64,000 nucleotides of DNA, taken from positions 87,482,001-87,546,000 of the forward strand of contig OX597823.1 in assembly GCA_951406725.2 (NCBI GenBank), in the 5' to 3' direction. Positions 1 through 12,778 of this stretch are shown here, in pieces. The position numbers and the translations under genes are program-made. The notes under the pieces are model-generated. The model was given only the letters and a program-made list of their open reading frames with translations. It ran no database searches and was not told where the DNA came from. Numbering within the stretch: the first letter of the stretch is position 1; every line of letters begins with the position of its first letter. The DNA comes from Octopus vulgaris. Its lineage: Eukaryota.

Positions 1-294
1 ATCATTGTTAGGGAAGCACACATGATGTGCATATTACAATCTTTCAGACACATACACGCATACCTCCAATAACATCTTTAAACAGATAGGATATACGTAT
101 ATATATGTATGCGTGTATGTATATATGAACATGTCTATCTCTGTTTATTTATATATCTATCTGTCAAAATATATGTGTATGTGTAAATATATATACATAT
201 GTGTGAACATATATGTGTATATATATATGTATATATCTACATAGATTTATTATATACAAATATATATATATATATGTTTGTATGTATGTATGTT

Positions 295-352
<58 letters not shown>

Positions 353-472
353 CATGTATTTATATTTATATGTATATATATGCATATTATATAAAGACAT
401 ATATATTTGTATATACATATATCTATGTATATCATATATATATATATATATACATATATACATACATATACG

Positions 473-725
473 TGGAGGGGCATGGCTTAGTGGTTAGGCT
501 GTCAGTATCATGATCGTAAGATTGTGGTTTCGATTCCTGGACCGGGCGACGCGTTGTGTTCTTGAGCAAAACACGTCATTTCACGTTGCTCCAGCCCACT
601 CAGCTGACAAAAATGAGTAGCGCTGCGATTGACTGGCTTCCCGTCCAGCTGGGGAACACATACGTCATAGAAACCGGGAAACCGGGCCCATGAGCCTGGC
701 TAGGCTTTAAAAGAGCGCATTTATC
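473..725 (+). mobile_element. tRNA-derived SINE, family C
   Basis: A box TGGCTTAGTGG and B box GGTTTCGATTCC, followed by GTGTTCTTGAGCAAAACAC; related copies near 24670, 35600 and 36882. Confidence 0.8.
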
Positions 726-781
726 ATTTATTTAAACATACATTTATAGACTTATTATATATATATATATATAAAAATCTA

Positions 782-834
<53 letters not shown>

Positions 835-835
<1 letters not shown>

Positions 836-952
836 GTGGCCCTCCGTCGGATACGACGACTAGGATTATAGTTGATCCGATCAACGGAACAGCCTGCTAG
901 TAAAATTAACGTGCAGGTGGCTGTGCACTCCACAGACACGTGAACCCTTAAA
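835..952 (-). mobile_element. SINE family D, 3' fragment
   Basis: Closely matches 5320-5430 (GTTGATCCGATCAACGGAACAGCCTGCT...ACAGACACGTG). Confidence 0.75.
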
Positions 953-987
953 TTCATTGATTAAACCTCGTCAAGTTAAATATTAAA

Positions 988-1055
988 ACCACCTGATGAA
1001 TGACTGTATCTCGAAAATTTAAAGAAATTAACAGCCATGAAACGATCGTAGTGTT
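988..1055 (+). ncRNA. type I minimal hammerhead ribozyme motif (PLE-associated)
   Basis: cac-CTGATGA(993-999)-atgactgt...acagccat-GAAA(1039-1042)-cgatcg-TA-gtg; helix II 7/8 pairs, palindromic helix III ACGATCGT, GUA cleavage triplet. Confidence 0.7.
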
Positions 1056-1473
1056 ATATTAATTATATTTTTTTTAATAATTTTGTTATATATTTAAATA
1101 ATATAAATTAAATAATCTTATGTATTGGCCTAAGTTTTTCATTGTATGATTTGCCTAATAGTGGTTTTATCTCTAATTTAATATAATATAATATTTTACT
1201 ATAAAATTGGATTCAATCCTAAATCTGATTTTTCCCTGTAAGTTTGGATTTATTCCCTAATATTTATTATTATTATATATATATATATATATATATATAA
1301 AGAGAGAAAGAGAAATAGAGAGAGAAAGAGACAGGGTTAGATAGAGTGATTTCTTAGTGTATTATTTATATGTATATCGTGTCCTCGAATCTAAATGTGT
1401 AGTTACCCCAACGTTGTTCGTAGAACTATCGTGTGTGCAAAAATACAAGAAAATAGTACATGTTATTTAGGAA

Positions 1474-1648
1474 GAATTCGCAAAAAAGAAAGAAGGCAGG
1501 CGGTGTAGACAACAAACAGATGTATTAGTTTAACGTTCGAAAATTGAAAAAAGTATTTAACGTATCGCGCGTACGCTCTTCCAAAGAAAAGAACTCAGAA
1601 AGAAACAAGGAGAGAAATTAAAGAATGTGTAGAGGCTAGCGATCTATG
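1474..1648 (-). mobile_element. short non-autonomous repeat, probably PLE-derived
   Basis: Reverse-complement relative of the insertion at 7304-7470 (shared ATACATCTGTTTGTTGTCTACACC and GGAAGAGCGTA). Confidence 0.6.
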
Positions 1649-2000
1649 CGCATATATGCTTTTCTGTTTATTTATGTGTGTGTGTGTGATTGTGTTTGTG
1701 TACGTGTGTGTGTGTGTGTGTGTGTGTGCGTCTCCGTGTGTTCGTAACATGGTTTACTGGTCATGACCGACGTACTAGACCTCAGGATATAGATTAAGTG
1801 ATCGACCTAATTATTCAATTATTGCATTTCCTGCGAAGTATCTTTGTATTTAGAAAGAAATTTATCATTAAGTTTCTATTATATTCATCATGGTACAGCG
1901 TGATTTAGTTAAAAAATTGTTTCCCAAATACAATCAATATCACAGGGTTTCATACTTTAGTTGAATTGCAGATAATCTGAGGTGCTAGTTTGCAATAATC

Positions 2001-2205
2001 ATTTCTATTATTTGCAGGAGGCCTGAAATTTGGGGGAAAGGGATATTCGATTACATCGACTCCATTACTCAACTGGTACTTAATTTATCCATACCCGAAC
2101 AGATGAAAGATAAATCGACCTCGTCGCAATTTGAACTCAGAATGTAGCGACGGGCGAAATACAGCTAAGCATTTCGTCCAGCCTGCTAACGATTCTGCCA
2201 GCTCC
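2001..2205 (-). mobile_element. tRNA-derived SINE, family A (diverged)
   Basis: Reverse complement of GAGCTGGCAGAATCGTTAG...CTGAGTTCAAATT...AAGTACCAG. Confidence 0.75.
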
Positions 2206-3853
2206 CCAGAACTGACCTCGGTTGCATATGAACTGAAAAGGTTAAGAACTCAAGAAAGTCCGGTTCGCATTTTATCTGGCGCGGTTTCGATTCTACCGTT
2301 AAGCATTTCGTTCACCGTGCTAACAATTCTGCCAGCTTGCCACCGTTGTGTTTGTAATAACAGCATTTAAATTTTACGTGTTGTCCCATAGTTGAGGCCT
2401 TATACAAGTGAGGCAATCGTTTCACCATGATAATTAGTGGGATTAGATGTTTAAAGAAAGAAAAAGTTGCATACAGTGCATATAGTAACTTTTTTTTATT
2501 GCTTACTTATTACAAAGTTCTTAAAGATTCTAGATCACGGTATTGTAATTGTGTATGGTACTATTTCATTCTGTTTCGAAATTTTCAACATGACAGAACC
2601 AGATTTATGGTAACATAAAATGATAGAAAGCAGGGGAAAAATTACAGCTTTTTTGTTTTTTCTTTTACTTCAGAGAGCGTTAGCAGTTTACTATTCGACA
2701 AAGAAAGTTCTATGTATCTACATATAGAGTAAACCTTTCCTATTTGATGACACTTAATTTTGATCAAAATTAGTTTCGAAAGAGCAGATGTTAGTAGTAT
2801 TGCTCTAAAGGGTTTGTTCTGTAACTGATATATGTTTTGAATGATGTTCAAAAAAATACAAGCCATCGAAATCTTTGCAGTGATATATGGTATTTCTTTT
2901 CCTATTAGTGGTAAATTGGCTAGACTATTTTCTTGTAAAAGGAATGCTATTTAGTATACAGATCCATTAACTATGAATGTAATTACAGCGGCAGCTCACA
3001 ATTTCTTGAAATTTCATGAACATTTCCTTTGCACAGCAGAGGATTTGTGATTTTTATACAAATATAAATTAAATCTACTCTTAATAATTCTGATCAAAAT
3101 TTAGTCCATTTTAACCGTGATAAACATTGAAGTTACCGTAATTAATGCAAATAACCTTTTTCGTCCTGTAACTGTAATAAGGTTAAGACGTAGACTCAAA
3201 CAATAAGCAATTCTAATAAATTTTAGAATACATCAAAGCCTTTCAACTTCGGATATGGTGCGCCTTTACACATATATCAACATATAAATGAATGTACGAA
3301 TGTTTAAAAAATTACATTGGAGGTGAAGCTCATATCATCTCGACTAAAATATTTTATTTAAAGCTAAAAGTGATATGAAGAATTTAATTGTCCTTAATTT
3401 ATTCGGTACTGAGAATAATGAAATCTTATTGCAAAAATTCTACATAAGTAGTATGTAACAATCTCTCTAAATATAAAGCTCATACGTGGTCCAAAAATAC
3501 AAAATACACACACACACACATGCACACACAGACACAAAGACGAGGTAAAAGAACACCAAACAGGCCGTGTTAGTTTTACACCCAGGAAAATTGGAAGAGA
3601 TCGTTAACCTTTCCGGCTTAAGCTCTTCTGCAAAAAAGATAGCTGAGGAGAGAAAAAACTGTGGAGGAGAAAAATAAAAAGCGTCTGAATTACACGGTTA
3701 CCACATACATATCGAAATGCCTTTTTATATATATGAATATATATGTATGTATTCAGACACACACACTCTCGGATGTAAACATACATTCATACATGCATGC
3801 ATCATACATGTATTCATACTATACATGTGTATACATATATATATACATACATA

Positions 3854-3889
<36 letters not shown>

Positions 3890-4068
3890 TGTATGTATGT
3901 ATGTATGTATGTATGTATGTATGTATGCATGTATATATGTATAGATTGTTAGAAGTGGTGTACAGCTATTGAATATTAAGAAAAGAAGCGGTCGCCAGAA
4001 TTTTGAAAGTAATTTTGTTATTTAGTCATTATTATTAGCGCTTTTGTTCGTCGTCGTGTGTAGACGCG

Positions 4069-4332
4069 CTCATATACTGCATTACCTGCCCCAACTACAA
4101 GGAAAATTACATTGACGAGACAAATAATTCCCTCTGCCAACGTGCAACACTCCATAGGCAGCATATCCGAGAGGAAGAATTACGCAAGATTCCGTATAGC
4201 AACCATCTGGATATATGCAGCGACAGAAAATTAAAAAATTTCCCCTTTTACGAATGTTCAGGCGATGATCCGCAATACAGTATAGCAATGGAGCTACATG
4301 TCAAAAAAGTCTCCCCAAAATTGAATGTGTGA
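4069..4332 (+). pseudogene. Penelope-like element GIY-YIG endonuclease C-terminal relic
   Basis: Manual translation LIYCITCPNYKENYIDETNNSLCQRATLHRQHIR...AMELHVKKVSPKLNV*; fits the PLE IY-x-I-x-C..YIGET..L..R..H..E..PxLN pattern; no start codon. Confidence 0.8.
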
Positions 4333-4473
4333 AAGAAAAGATGAACACTTTTGATTATAAATGTAGCTGCAATATTTGAAAAATGAAACTCATCTCTATA
4401 AATATTCAGGTATATATATGTATAACATTGGGATATTCTATAACATTAAGTGAAAACTCTCACCAGGTACACA

Positions 4474-4547
<74 letters not shown>

Positions 4548-5304
4548 TCACTCACTCACAATCATACATGTATTTAAACCTAATCAATATATGTGAATGT
4601 TTACATTCAGTTTCACAGTTCCTTAATCGATCGTAGTCTATTAGTGTAGTGTAATTGAGAAATGGAATGAAAATTGATTCAGTTCTTCCAATGTGTGAAC
4701 TCTGAAACTAAAGGTCCAAGACCAAATACTCTGTTAAGTTAGTGTTTTTTGCTATATACAAAATCAGGTACTAAACGTATTTAGAACAAATATTTTAAGA
4801 AGAATTTCTATGAATATATCATTTGGTCCTAAGTTAAAATCATCTCAGCGTTGTCTTCCGTAATTAATACCATTGTTAATGCATTAATGTTCTATATTTC
4901 CGTTTTATTCTACTGTATAAAGCTCCAATTCTTTACATTTAATTCAAAATATTATTCTTTGAAAATTGATCTTTTTAATTAAACACTCAAAATAGACATC
5001 TCTTGCTATTTCAACCAAATAACATAGGCGTCCAATTTAGAATATGTTTGCTTATAATTATTTAACTAATTTAGTCAGTACAATAAACATCTTTCAGTAT
5101 TGAGACATAGCTGCTTTCAATAATACTTGAATACCTATTCTGAGGTGTTCGTATTTATTTTAAACTAAAATTTTTACAAGGTTCTGTGAGAACCTCAACA
5201 GAACACTGATCCTCCATGACGAGGATCTACGTTGGTAGCTCCTTAGCAGGTCAATTACAAAGTAGCTATGTGAGTGTTTCTGATACTGAAAACGGCAGTC
5301 TAAT

Positions 5305-5691
5305 GGATGGATGGAAGCACTCCGTCGGTTACGACGACGAGGGTTCCGGTTGATCCGAATCAACGGAACAGCCTGCTCGTGAAATTAACGTGTAAGTGGC
5401 TGAGCACTCCACAGACACGTGTACCCTTAACGTAGTTCTCGGGGATATTCAGCGTGACACAGAGAGTGACAAGGCCGGCCCTTTGAAATACAGGTACAAC
5501 AGAAACAGGAAGTAAGAGTGAGAGAAAGTTGTGGTGAAAGAGTACAGCAGGGATCACCACCATCCCCTGCCGGAGCCTCGTGGAGCTTTAGGTGTTTTCG
5601 CTCAATAAACACTCGCAACGCCTGGTCTGGGAATCGAAACCGCGATCCTCTGACCGCGAGTCCGCTGCCTTAACTACTGGGCCATTGCGCC
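5305..5691 (-). mobile_element. tRNA-derived SINE, family D, near full length
   Basis: Minus strand starts GGCGCAATGGCCCAGTAGTTAAGG...GGTTTCGATTCCC (A and B boxes) and ends in (TCCA)n; other copies at 835 and 7090. Confidence 0.8.
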
Positions 5692-6539
5692 ACAACGGCA
5701 GTCTAATATCTCTCAAATGAAACCTTAAATTTCTTTTAAAATCTAACATGATTAGATATCAAAAGTGTGAATCTCTACGATATGGTTTAAAACGCTTTTC
5801 ATTATATGAGCATTCGATGAAAATGAATCTGAATTTAAGCAATAACAACAAAAACAACAATTAAAAGAGTTTTCGAATGTAAACAGGAATGAATTGAAAT
5901 GTTACTGTGTCAACAACTATAAGATATACCAAATCCCTCATTTGACTTATAGTAGTTGTAGTATTTGTGATAAAACCTTAAGTGGTATATAATCATAAAA
6001 AATGTTATGGGATTCATTGATAATGACACCATCGTAACGTATAAATTCTTTACAATAAAAATCTTAAAGAACACACAAACCGAACCAATCTACTTTACTA
6101 TTATTACTTCCATTTAGATTCATTAACTTACTTCGTAGATGTATTTATATGAAACACATAATTTATTGCCAATCTCCTCAGAAATGTTTATATTTGTTCT
6201 TAAAATGAATTTAGCTTAAGTGCTCTGGATTATCACAATGACTTTATAGAGATGAATAACAAAAGGAATTCTGTGCTGAGTGTATAAGCGTAAAGTCCAA
6301 ATTTCCGAATTCTCTCTCTATGAAATAATGAGGTGACATAGGTTAACAATAAACATTTTCAATTTCTTCAAGTATTTTTATCTCAGTATGATAACTTTAC
6401 AAAGTTAGAAAATGTAGATTGATAGAGAATATATCGTGGCTGCCATATGTTTTTCATGCTAGGGGTTCAAATCTCACTGGAGCTGTTATTACGATTCGAC
6501 TTTTCAAATCAAACAGCTTCTCTTTTTCATAGATATTGA

Positions 6540-6752
6540 TTTCATATTTTGGCACAATGTCAGCAGTTTTGGAGTTAGAGATAGGTTGATTGTATGAACC
6601 CCAATACTCAACTGGTACTTATGCTATCGACCCCGAAATGATGAAAGGCAAAGTCAACCTTGCCGACATTTTAACTCAGAACGTAAAGACAGAGGAAATA
6701 CCGCTAAACATTTTTCCCGGCGTACAAACGATTATGCCAATTAACCGCCTTC
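6540..6752 (-). mobile_element. SINE family A
   Basis: CGACCCCGAAATGATGAAAGGCAAAGTCAACC core in reverse orientation. Confidence 0.75.
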
Positions 6753-6916
6753 TTCCTTATAAAGATTAGGTATATACAGATTTTATTCAATTTTGATGTT
6801 GTTCGCTTCAATACAAATATATACATTTGAGTTAAAAATATATTTAAAAGCAAAATGGTTTTGACACTATTTTAATCAAGGCTGAAAGATGTTTTGATAT
6901 GTTAAACCACAATAAA

Positions 6917-7090
6917 GCAGCGATCTGGCAGAATTGTTAGCACCCTGGGTAAAATGCTTTGCAGCATTTCGTTCGTCCTTATGTACTAAGTTCAAATTCT
7001 GCCTAGGTCGACTTTGCCTTTCATCTTTTCGAAGTCGATAAAATAAGTACCAGTTGAACACTGGGGTCGATGTAATAGACTTACACCCTT
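6917..7090 (+). mobile_element. SINE family A
   Basis: CTGGCAGAATTGTTAGC...GTTCAAATTC...GTCGACTTTGCCTTTCATC...AAGTACCAG. Confidence 0.75.
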
Positions 7091-7620
7091 CCCAGTTGAT
7101 CCGATCAACAGAATAGTCTGATCGTGAAATTAACATGTAAATGCCTGAGCACTCCACAGACACGTGAACCCTTAACGTAGTTCTCGGTGAGATTCAGCGT
7201 AACACAGTGTGTGACAAGGATGGCCCTTTTGAAATCCAGGTAGAAGAGAAACAGGAGGAAAGTGTGAGAGAAAGTGGTTAAAGAATACAGCAGAGTTCGC
7301 CACGATAGATCGCTAACCACTACACATTCTTTATTTTCTCTCCTTGTTTCTTTCTGTGGAAGAGCGTAGGCTCAAAACGTTAGACTTTTTCACTTCCCGA
7401 GCGTTATACCAATACATCTGTTTGTTGTCTACACCACCGGTCTTCGTATTTTGTATTTTTTTGTGAATTCTTCGCCACACCCCGTGGTGAAGACTCGTGG
7501 AGATTTAGGTGTTTTTTCGCAAAAACACTCACAACGCCCGGTCTGTGAATCGAAACCGCTATCTCACGACCAGGAGTCCGCTGCCCCAAACCTAACCTTC
7601 ACTACTGAGCCATTGCGCCT
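7090..7620 (-). mobile_element. SINE family D interrupted by a 167-bp insertion
   Basis: 7090-7303 and 7471-7620 are colinear with 5345-5691. Confidence 0.7.
7304..7470 (+). mobile_element. short insertion with 8-bp TSD and a degenerate hammerhead-like core
   Basis: TTCGCCAC duplicated at 7296-7303 and 7471-7478; internal CTGTGGA-a-gagcgtaggctc-AAAA-cgtt. Confidence 0.65.
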
Positions 7621-7949
7621 TCACGTCTGCATAAATGGATATTAGTTGAAGAGGTAGTACTGACGCTTTGTGGAATTTTATGGTATTGTGTCCATATGTC
7701 TGTGCGAGGAGAACATGTGAAGTACTTCTGCACTTTAGACTGTAGGCTTATTTCCTTGCTTTGTATGTTAGCAGCCGTATATGTACGTAGATGTGAGTCT
7801 TTGTATGTACGTAGGTAGTCCTGTCATTGTTAGCATTTTGCTTTGCTTGTGGCGACATTCGAATTTTGTATTCATAAATATTGAAAGCAGAGATTGTCAT
7901 GAAATATTTATCAGTAATATTTATCCAAGTATTACTTTTACGCATACTC

Positions 7950-8395
7950 ACATGTGCATACATACACACATACATACATGCATATACACATACATACATG
8001 CATGCAGACATAAATGCATGCATACATTCATGCATATTTGCATACATACATGCATACATAAAGACAGACATATATGCATGCATGCATGCATACATTGATG
8101 TATGCATACATGCAGACATACATGCATACATACATGCATACATACAGACATACATTCATACATACATGTAGACATAATGCATATATACATATATGCATAT
8201 ATACGTATATGCATGCACACATGCATACATACATACATGCATACATACATGCATACATACATGCATACATACGCGCAGACATACATACATACCTACATAC
8301 ATGCATACATACATGCATGAGACATACGTGCAGACATACATTGAAGCAGACATACATACATGCAGGAATACATACAGACATACATACATACGGAC
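7950..8395. repeat. degenerate (CATA/CATG)n tetranucleotide tract
   Basis: Direct inspection. Confidence 0.9.
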
Positions 8396-8798
8396 ATAAG
8401 GAAAGATGTCTGCAATCTGAATTCCATAAGCACTACACATATTCACCTTTCACAGCCATATGGGCACTATGCCATAAAAATTACACAAAGCTTCAATACT
8501 ACCTCTTCAGTTATTAGGTCCCTGAGATATGAATCACACTGCCTAAATACAAATCTTGAGAAATTATGTTTTTCAAATCAGAGAGGAGAAAGCTAATTCG
8601 AAGACTACAGATCCAATCCATCACTGGAACTGTAAAAATCTGTAAGACTTTCCAGAAGTTTATCATTCAGATATATATGAGAATGTCTAGATATGCAGCT
8701 ATATGCATGTGAATACATACATACATACATACATACATACATACATACATACATACATACATGCATGCATGCATACATACATACATACATACATACAT

Positions 8799-8843
<45 letters not shown>

Positions 8844-9144
8844 AATACATACATGTATACATACAGAAATACCGTTGTTTATGTTGAAATTCCGATGAAG
8901 GAACCTTGGATCCAGGTCAGAGATCGGTTCTTTGTCTATTGCCAAGAAATTTTGAAATAAACTGAATAATGACATACATGCACATGCATGCATACATACA
9001 TACATACATACACACATACATACATACATACATACATACATACCTACATTCATTCATACATATTTTCATTCATGAACACAACTAATAATAAACGAATGCA
9101 TATATGTTCCTATGATAACTAAGTCGTTTATTTTGTAATGTTAT

Positions 9145-9463
<319 letters not shown>

Positions 9464-10355
9464 ATTTTGACGACTTCTTTCATATACTATATTGATAGAG
9501 TCTATACGTTCAGATTCTCTCCTTTTCACGTATTACTTTCTCCTTTTCACGTATTCATGTACAAATACTTTTTCATCTCATTGTTAGTTAGCGGACCAAT
9601 ATATTTGTGCTTAGCATTTTAGGGCATTGTTGTTACTTTCTGTCACTTGTGTGTATGTTACCTTTTATTCTTTTGCTTACATCGCGTCATTCTTTCTATT
9701 TGAACACGTGGTCGACTTCCGACGATTTCTTCATTAAAGGGGAAAGAAACTGTTTTAGTCAACCTAAGTTAAGATGAAAAACATACACATCTATGTTTTG
9801 CGTTTCTGTTTGCAGTTTATTTGGTGCACTGTTTTGCAGATCTTACAAAGTTTCTGTTCTACAATAGTTCTAATATAATATTGTGTAAATCTACACATCC
9901 CTTCGGGCAGCATTGAAGAAAATTAATTATAATTATGTATCATATTTGAGTCAATGATGGGCTGTACGCTTCATTAAAATATGGCAAATGAAACAGTTTT
10001 GGTGTCAGATTTATTGAAATAGCCATTGTCATACGTTAGCTTTAAGAGAAATCTGAGTTTGCTGCTTACGATATCCTGAAATCTCTCATAATTTCTGCAT
10101 GACATCTGTATGCATTTCTCTAAAGCGATAACAGATGTTGGTGGACGGCTAATGAGCTAACTCATCCGTACTAATTACAATGATACCTGTAACATTTTAA
10201 GATTGGATACAGTGAGTGAATCTTATTAAAAGCTACCCCGTGATCTCTCCGATAACGAAATAATTGGTAGGTTTATAATTATAATTATTGAGACAGAGAA
10301 AGTTAATATAGAGTTGTAGGAAGTGTGAGGGCGAGAAATCTTCATCGCCAAGAAA

Positions 10356-10423
<68 letters not shown>

Positions 10424-10473
10424 CAAGAAAGAGGGACCGGGCTTATTAATATATATATATATATACATATATA

Positions 10474-10743
10474 TATTGTTGTGTCTGGGGAGAGTCATTC
10501 CCTTTCAGTGCTTTATTACTTAACACACACACACACCAGTTCGATTTCCATCCATGTAGTTATCCATTTTTGCTAAAATTTTCGTTGCGGCCTGCAATCT
10601 TTCCAAAATTCATTTGAAAGGGTTGCAAGACACAACGCAAATTTTAGAAAAAATAAGTCAGTAACTAAATGAATAGAAATTGAACCGGTGGGTGTGTTAA
10701 GTAATAATGCACTAGAGGAGAATGATTCTCCCAGATACAATAA
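10474..10743. mobile_element. imperfect foldback (palindromic) element
   Basis: ATTGTTGTGTCTGGGGAGAGTCATTC at the left pairs with GAATGATTCTCCCAGATACAATAA at the right; the arms stay complementary to a centre near 10610. Confidence 0.65.
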
Positions 10744-10819
10744 AATATGCTTCAACACACGAATTCACATAGAGTATCTTGCAAACAAAAACCCAAAACG
10801 ATATATATATATATAAATG

Positions 10820-10870
<51 letters not shown>

Positions 10871-10871
<1 letters not shown>

Positions 10872-10940
10872 TTTATTTAAAGCAGCAGAAAATTCAACAA
10901 AATCTGAATTTTGTTGAATTTTCTGCTGCTTTAAATAAAG
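10871..10940. repeat. perfect 33-bp inverted repeat with 4-nt loop
   Basis: CTTTATTTAAAGCAGCAGAAAATTCAACAAAAT-ctga-ATTTTGTTGAATTTTCTGCTGCTTTAAATAAAG. Confidence 0.9.
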
Positions 10941-11009
10941 CATATTACTCTACCACTGGTATTTGAGTACTCTTTTTTCCACCTTGTTTCACATTTATGT
11001 GTTTACTCC

Positions 11010-11055
<46 letters not shown>

Positions 11056-12164
11056 AATATATATATGTATATATATATATGCATGTATATATATACAAGT
11101 GTAGATATAACTATATATGCATACACACACATGCACACATATATACAATGGTGTAATTTGTAGTGTCATGGGATGAGCTTCCACATCTGGTGAAATGTTT
11201 TTATGGAACCTGTATCGTAGTTTTTATATGTTTCCCCAATCAACCTGTTACGAATAGTAACCCTGTCTCCAATTTGCCAATGAGAAACACAAACAAATGT
11301 TGGCCTAGAAGATGATTTAGTTCATTCATGATCTGACCAGCCATTGGTCGATGTTTCGCAACCCAGCATATGAGTGATCATATGTGAAACTCTACCGAGT
11401 ATGCTCGTTCGTCTAATAAGTATTGCCTTAATATTTTCTGTAAAATGAATGTCCTAATTACAAAAGCAATCATATGACCCATAAAATGATGACAGCGAAA
11501 ACGATGATTACGTTGATAATGATGCTGACTGACAATTATGATAACGTTGATGATGATGTTAACAATGATGACGATGCTGATGCCGATGCTGACAATGATG
11601 AGGATGTTTATGGTTTCCAAACACTGCAATATTGATTTGATATCCAGCTTTTTTGTATTCAGTATTAAATATATATATAAATACAAATATTTATACTTGA
11701 ATAAAAAAAAAAAAGTATGTCCATACACACATACGTGCGCGCGCACAAACACATAATAAATAGGGCAAATTGATTTATTGATTATATAGGTTTCTTTTAG
11801 TATTTCTCTTTACTTTTATATATTGCTTTTTTTTTCATATCATTATATGATTTGTTTATTTTTACGAGTGCGAAATTTGTGCGGATCTTTTCATTTCTCT
11901 TTATTTTAACGTCGCAACTTTTTGTACTTTAAAGTGAATACTTTGCAAAGTGATTAATATTAATGATTGCTGTGTATGGATCGAGTTGAGTGCAAGTTTG
12001 AGAGTTCATAAAAATTAGTTTCCATAAATTATCATCGCCCCCCCCCCCCACTCTTCTTTACTCTCGCCATAAATTTTTTTAAAAATAGATTTTTTGAAAA
12101 GATCTATTGAACGAGTAGAATAGAGTACTTCGTAGGCGTGTATTGTATGCCTGTGTGTATCTAT

Positions 12165-12554
12165 TGTTTAACGCTTAAGATATTTATTTGGCCGCCCTAT
12201 GATGTGCTGATAATGATATCAAACTTCGCACGGCATTCACCCGGGATGGGTTAAGCCGGCTCCGACTAACGAGTTCATCACGTCTTTCACGGATGCTGAC
12301 ATCATCCAACGATTGGCCGATAACACGGACACTGCAGTCGTAGGCGTCATCCGCTGTTGATGTGTAGATTTCATGTTCGGAGTTTGAGTAAGGATACTAC
12401 GAGTTCACGTGGTCTCCGGTCACATGCATACACCGTTGGTATAATGTGATCTGTAGCAGCATATCTTGCCATCGATTGTGATCGTCGCAGAGGATTCCCT
12501 GACCAAGTCACCGCCAATTATCGAAGCAGATATAGCCTGTGTTTGAAGCGGGTT
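12165..12554 (-). other. candidate terminal exon of an unidentified minus-strand transcript
   Basis: Unique CpG-rich block; on the minus strand (CT)n tract + TAG acceptor (12555-12557), 44-codon phase-0 frame ending at TGA 12420-12422, AATAAA at 12183-12188; no recognisable domain. Confidence 0.25.
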
Positions 12555-12556
12555 CT

Positions 12557-12633
12557 AGAGAGAGAGAGAGAGAGAATGAGAGAGAGAGAGAAAGAGAGAG
12601 AGAGAAAAGAGAGAGAGAGAGAGAGAGAGAGAA

Positions 12634-12686
<53 letters not shown>

Positions 12687-12690
12687 GAGA
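12557..12690. repeat. (GA)n microsatellite
   Basis: Direct inspection. Confidence 0.95.
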
Positions 12691-12778
12691 GGTATTCAGA
12701 ATTTCTTATAGATTTACAAAGAGATTCTCAACTATTCGTGTGTGTGTGTTTTGAAAGTTGGTGCAAATATGTTTACAA

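Noticed and set aside
164-513. IY/YI-, MYVC-, HT-, SIYL- and poly-I ORFs here and throughout the ORF track
   Set aside because: They are translations of stop-free microsatellites, open in several frames on both strands
473-545. tRNA genes at this and other A/B-box sites
   Set aside because: The boxes run into SINE bodies and I could not build a complete cloverleaf with an acceptor stem
8889-8932. Hammerhead-like CCGATGA...GAGA-TCGG-TT
   Set aside because: Both core halves are mutated and helix I is missing; too degraded to call
12229-12245. Partial match to the miR-124 3' end (GGTGAATGCC, minus strand)
   Set aside because: No seed match and no precursor hairpin
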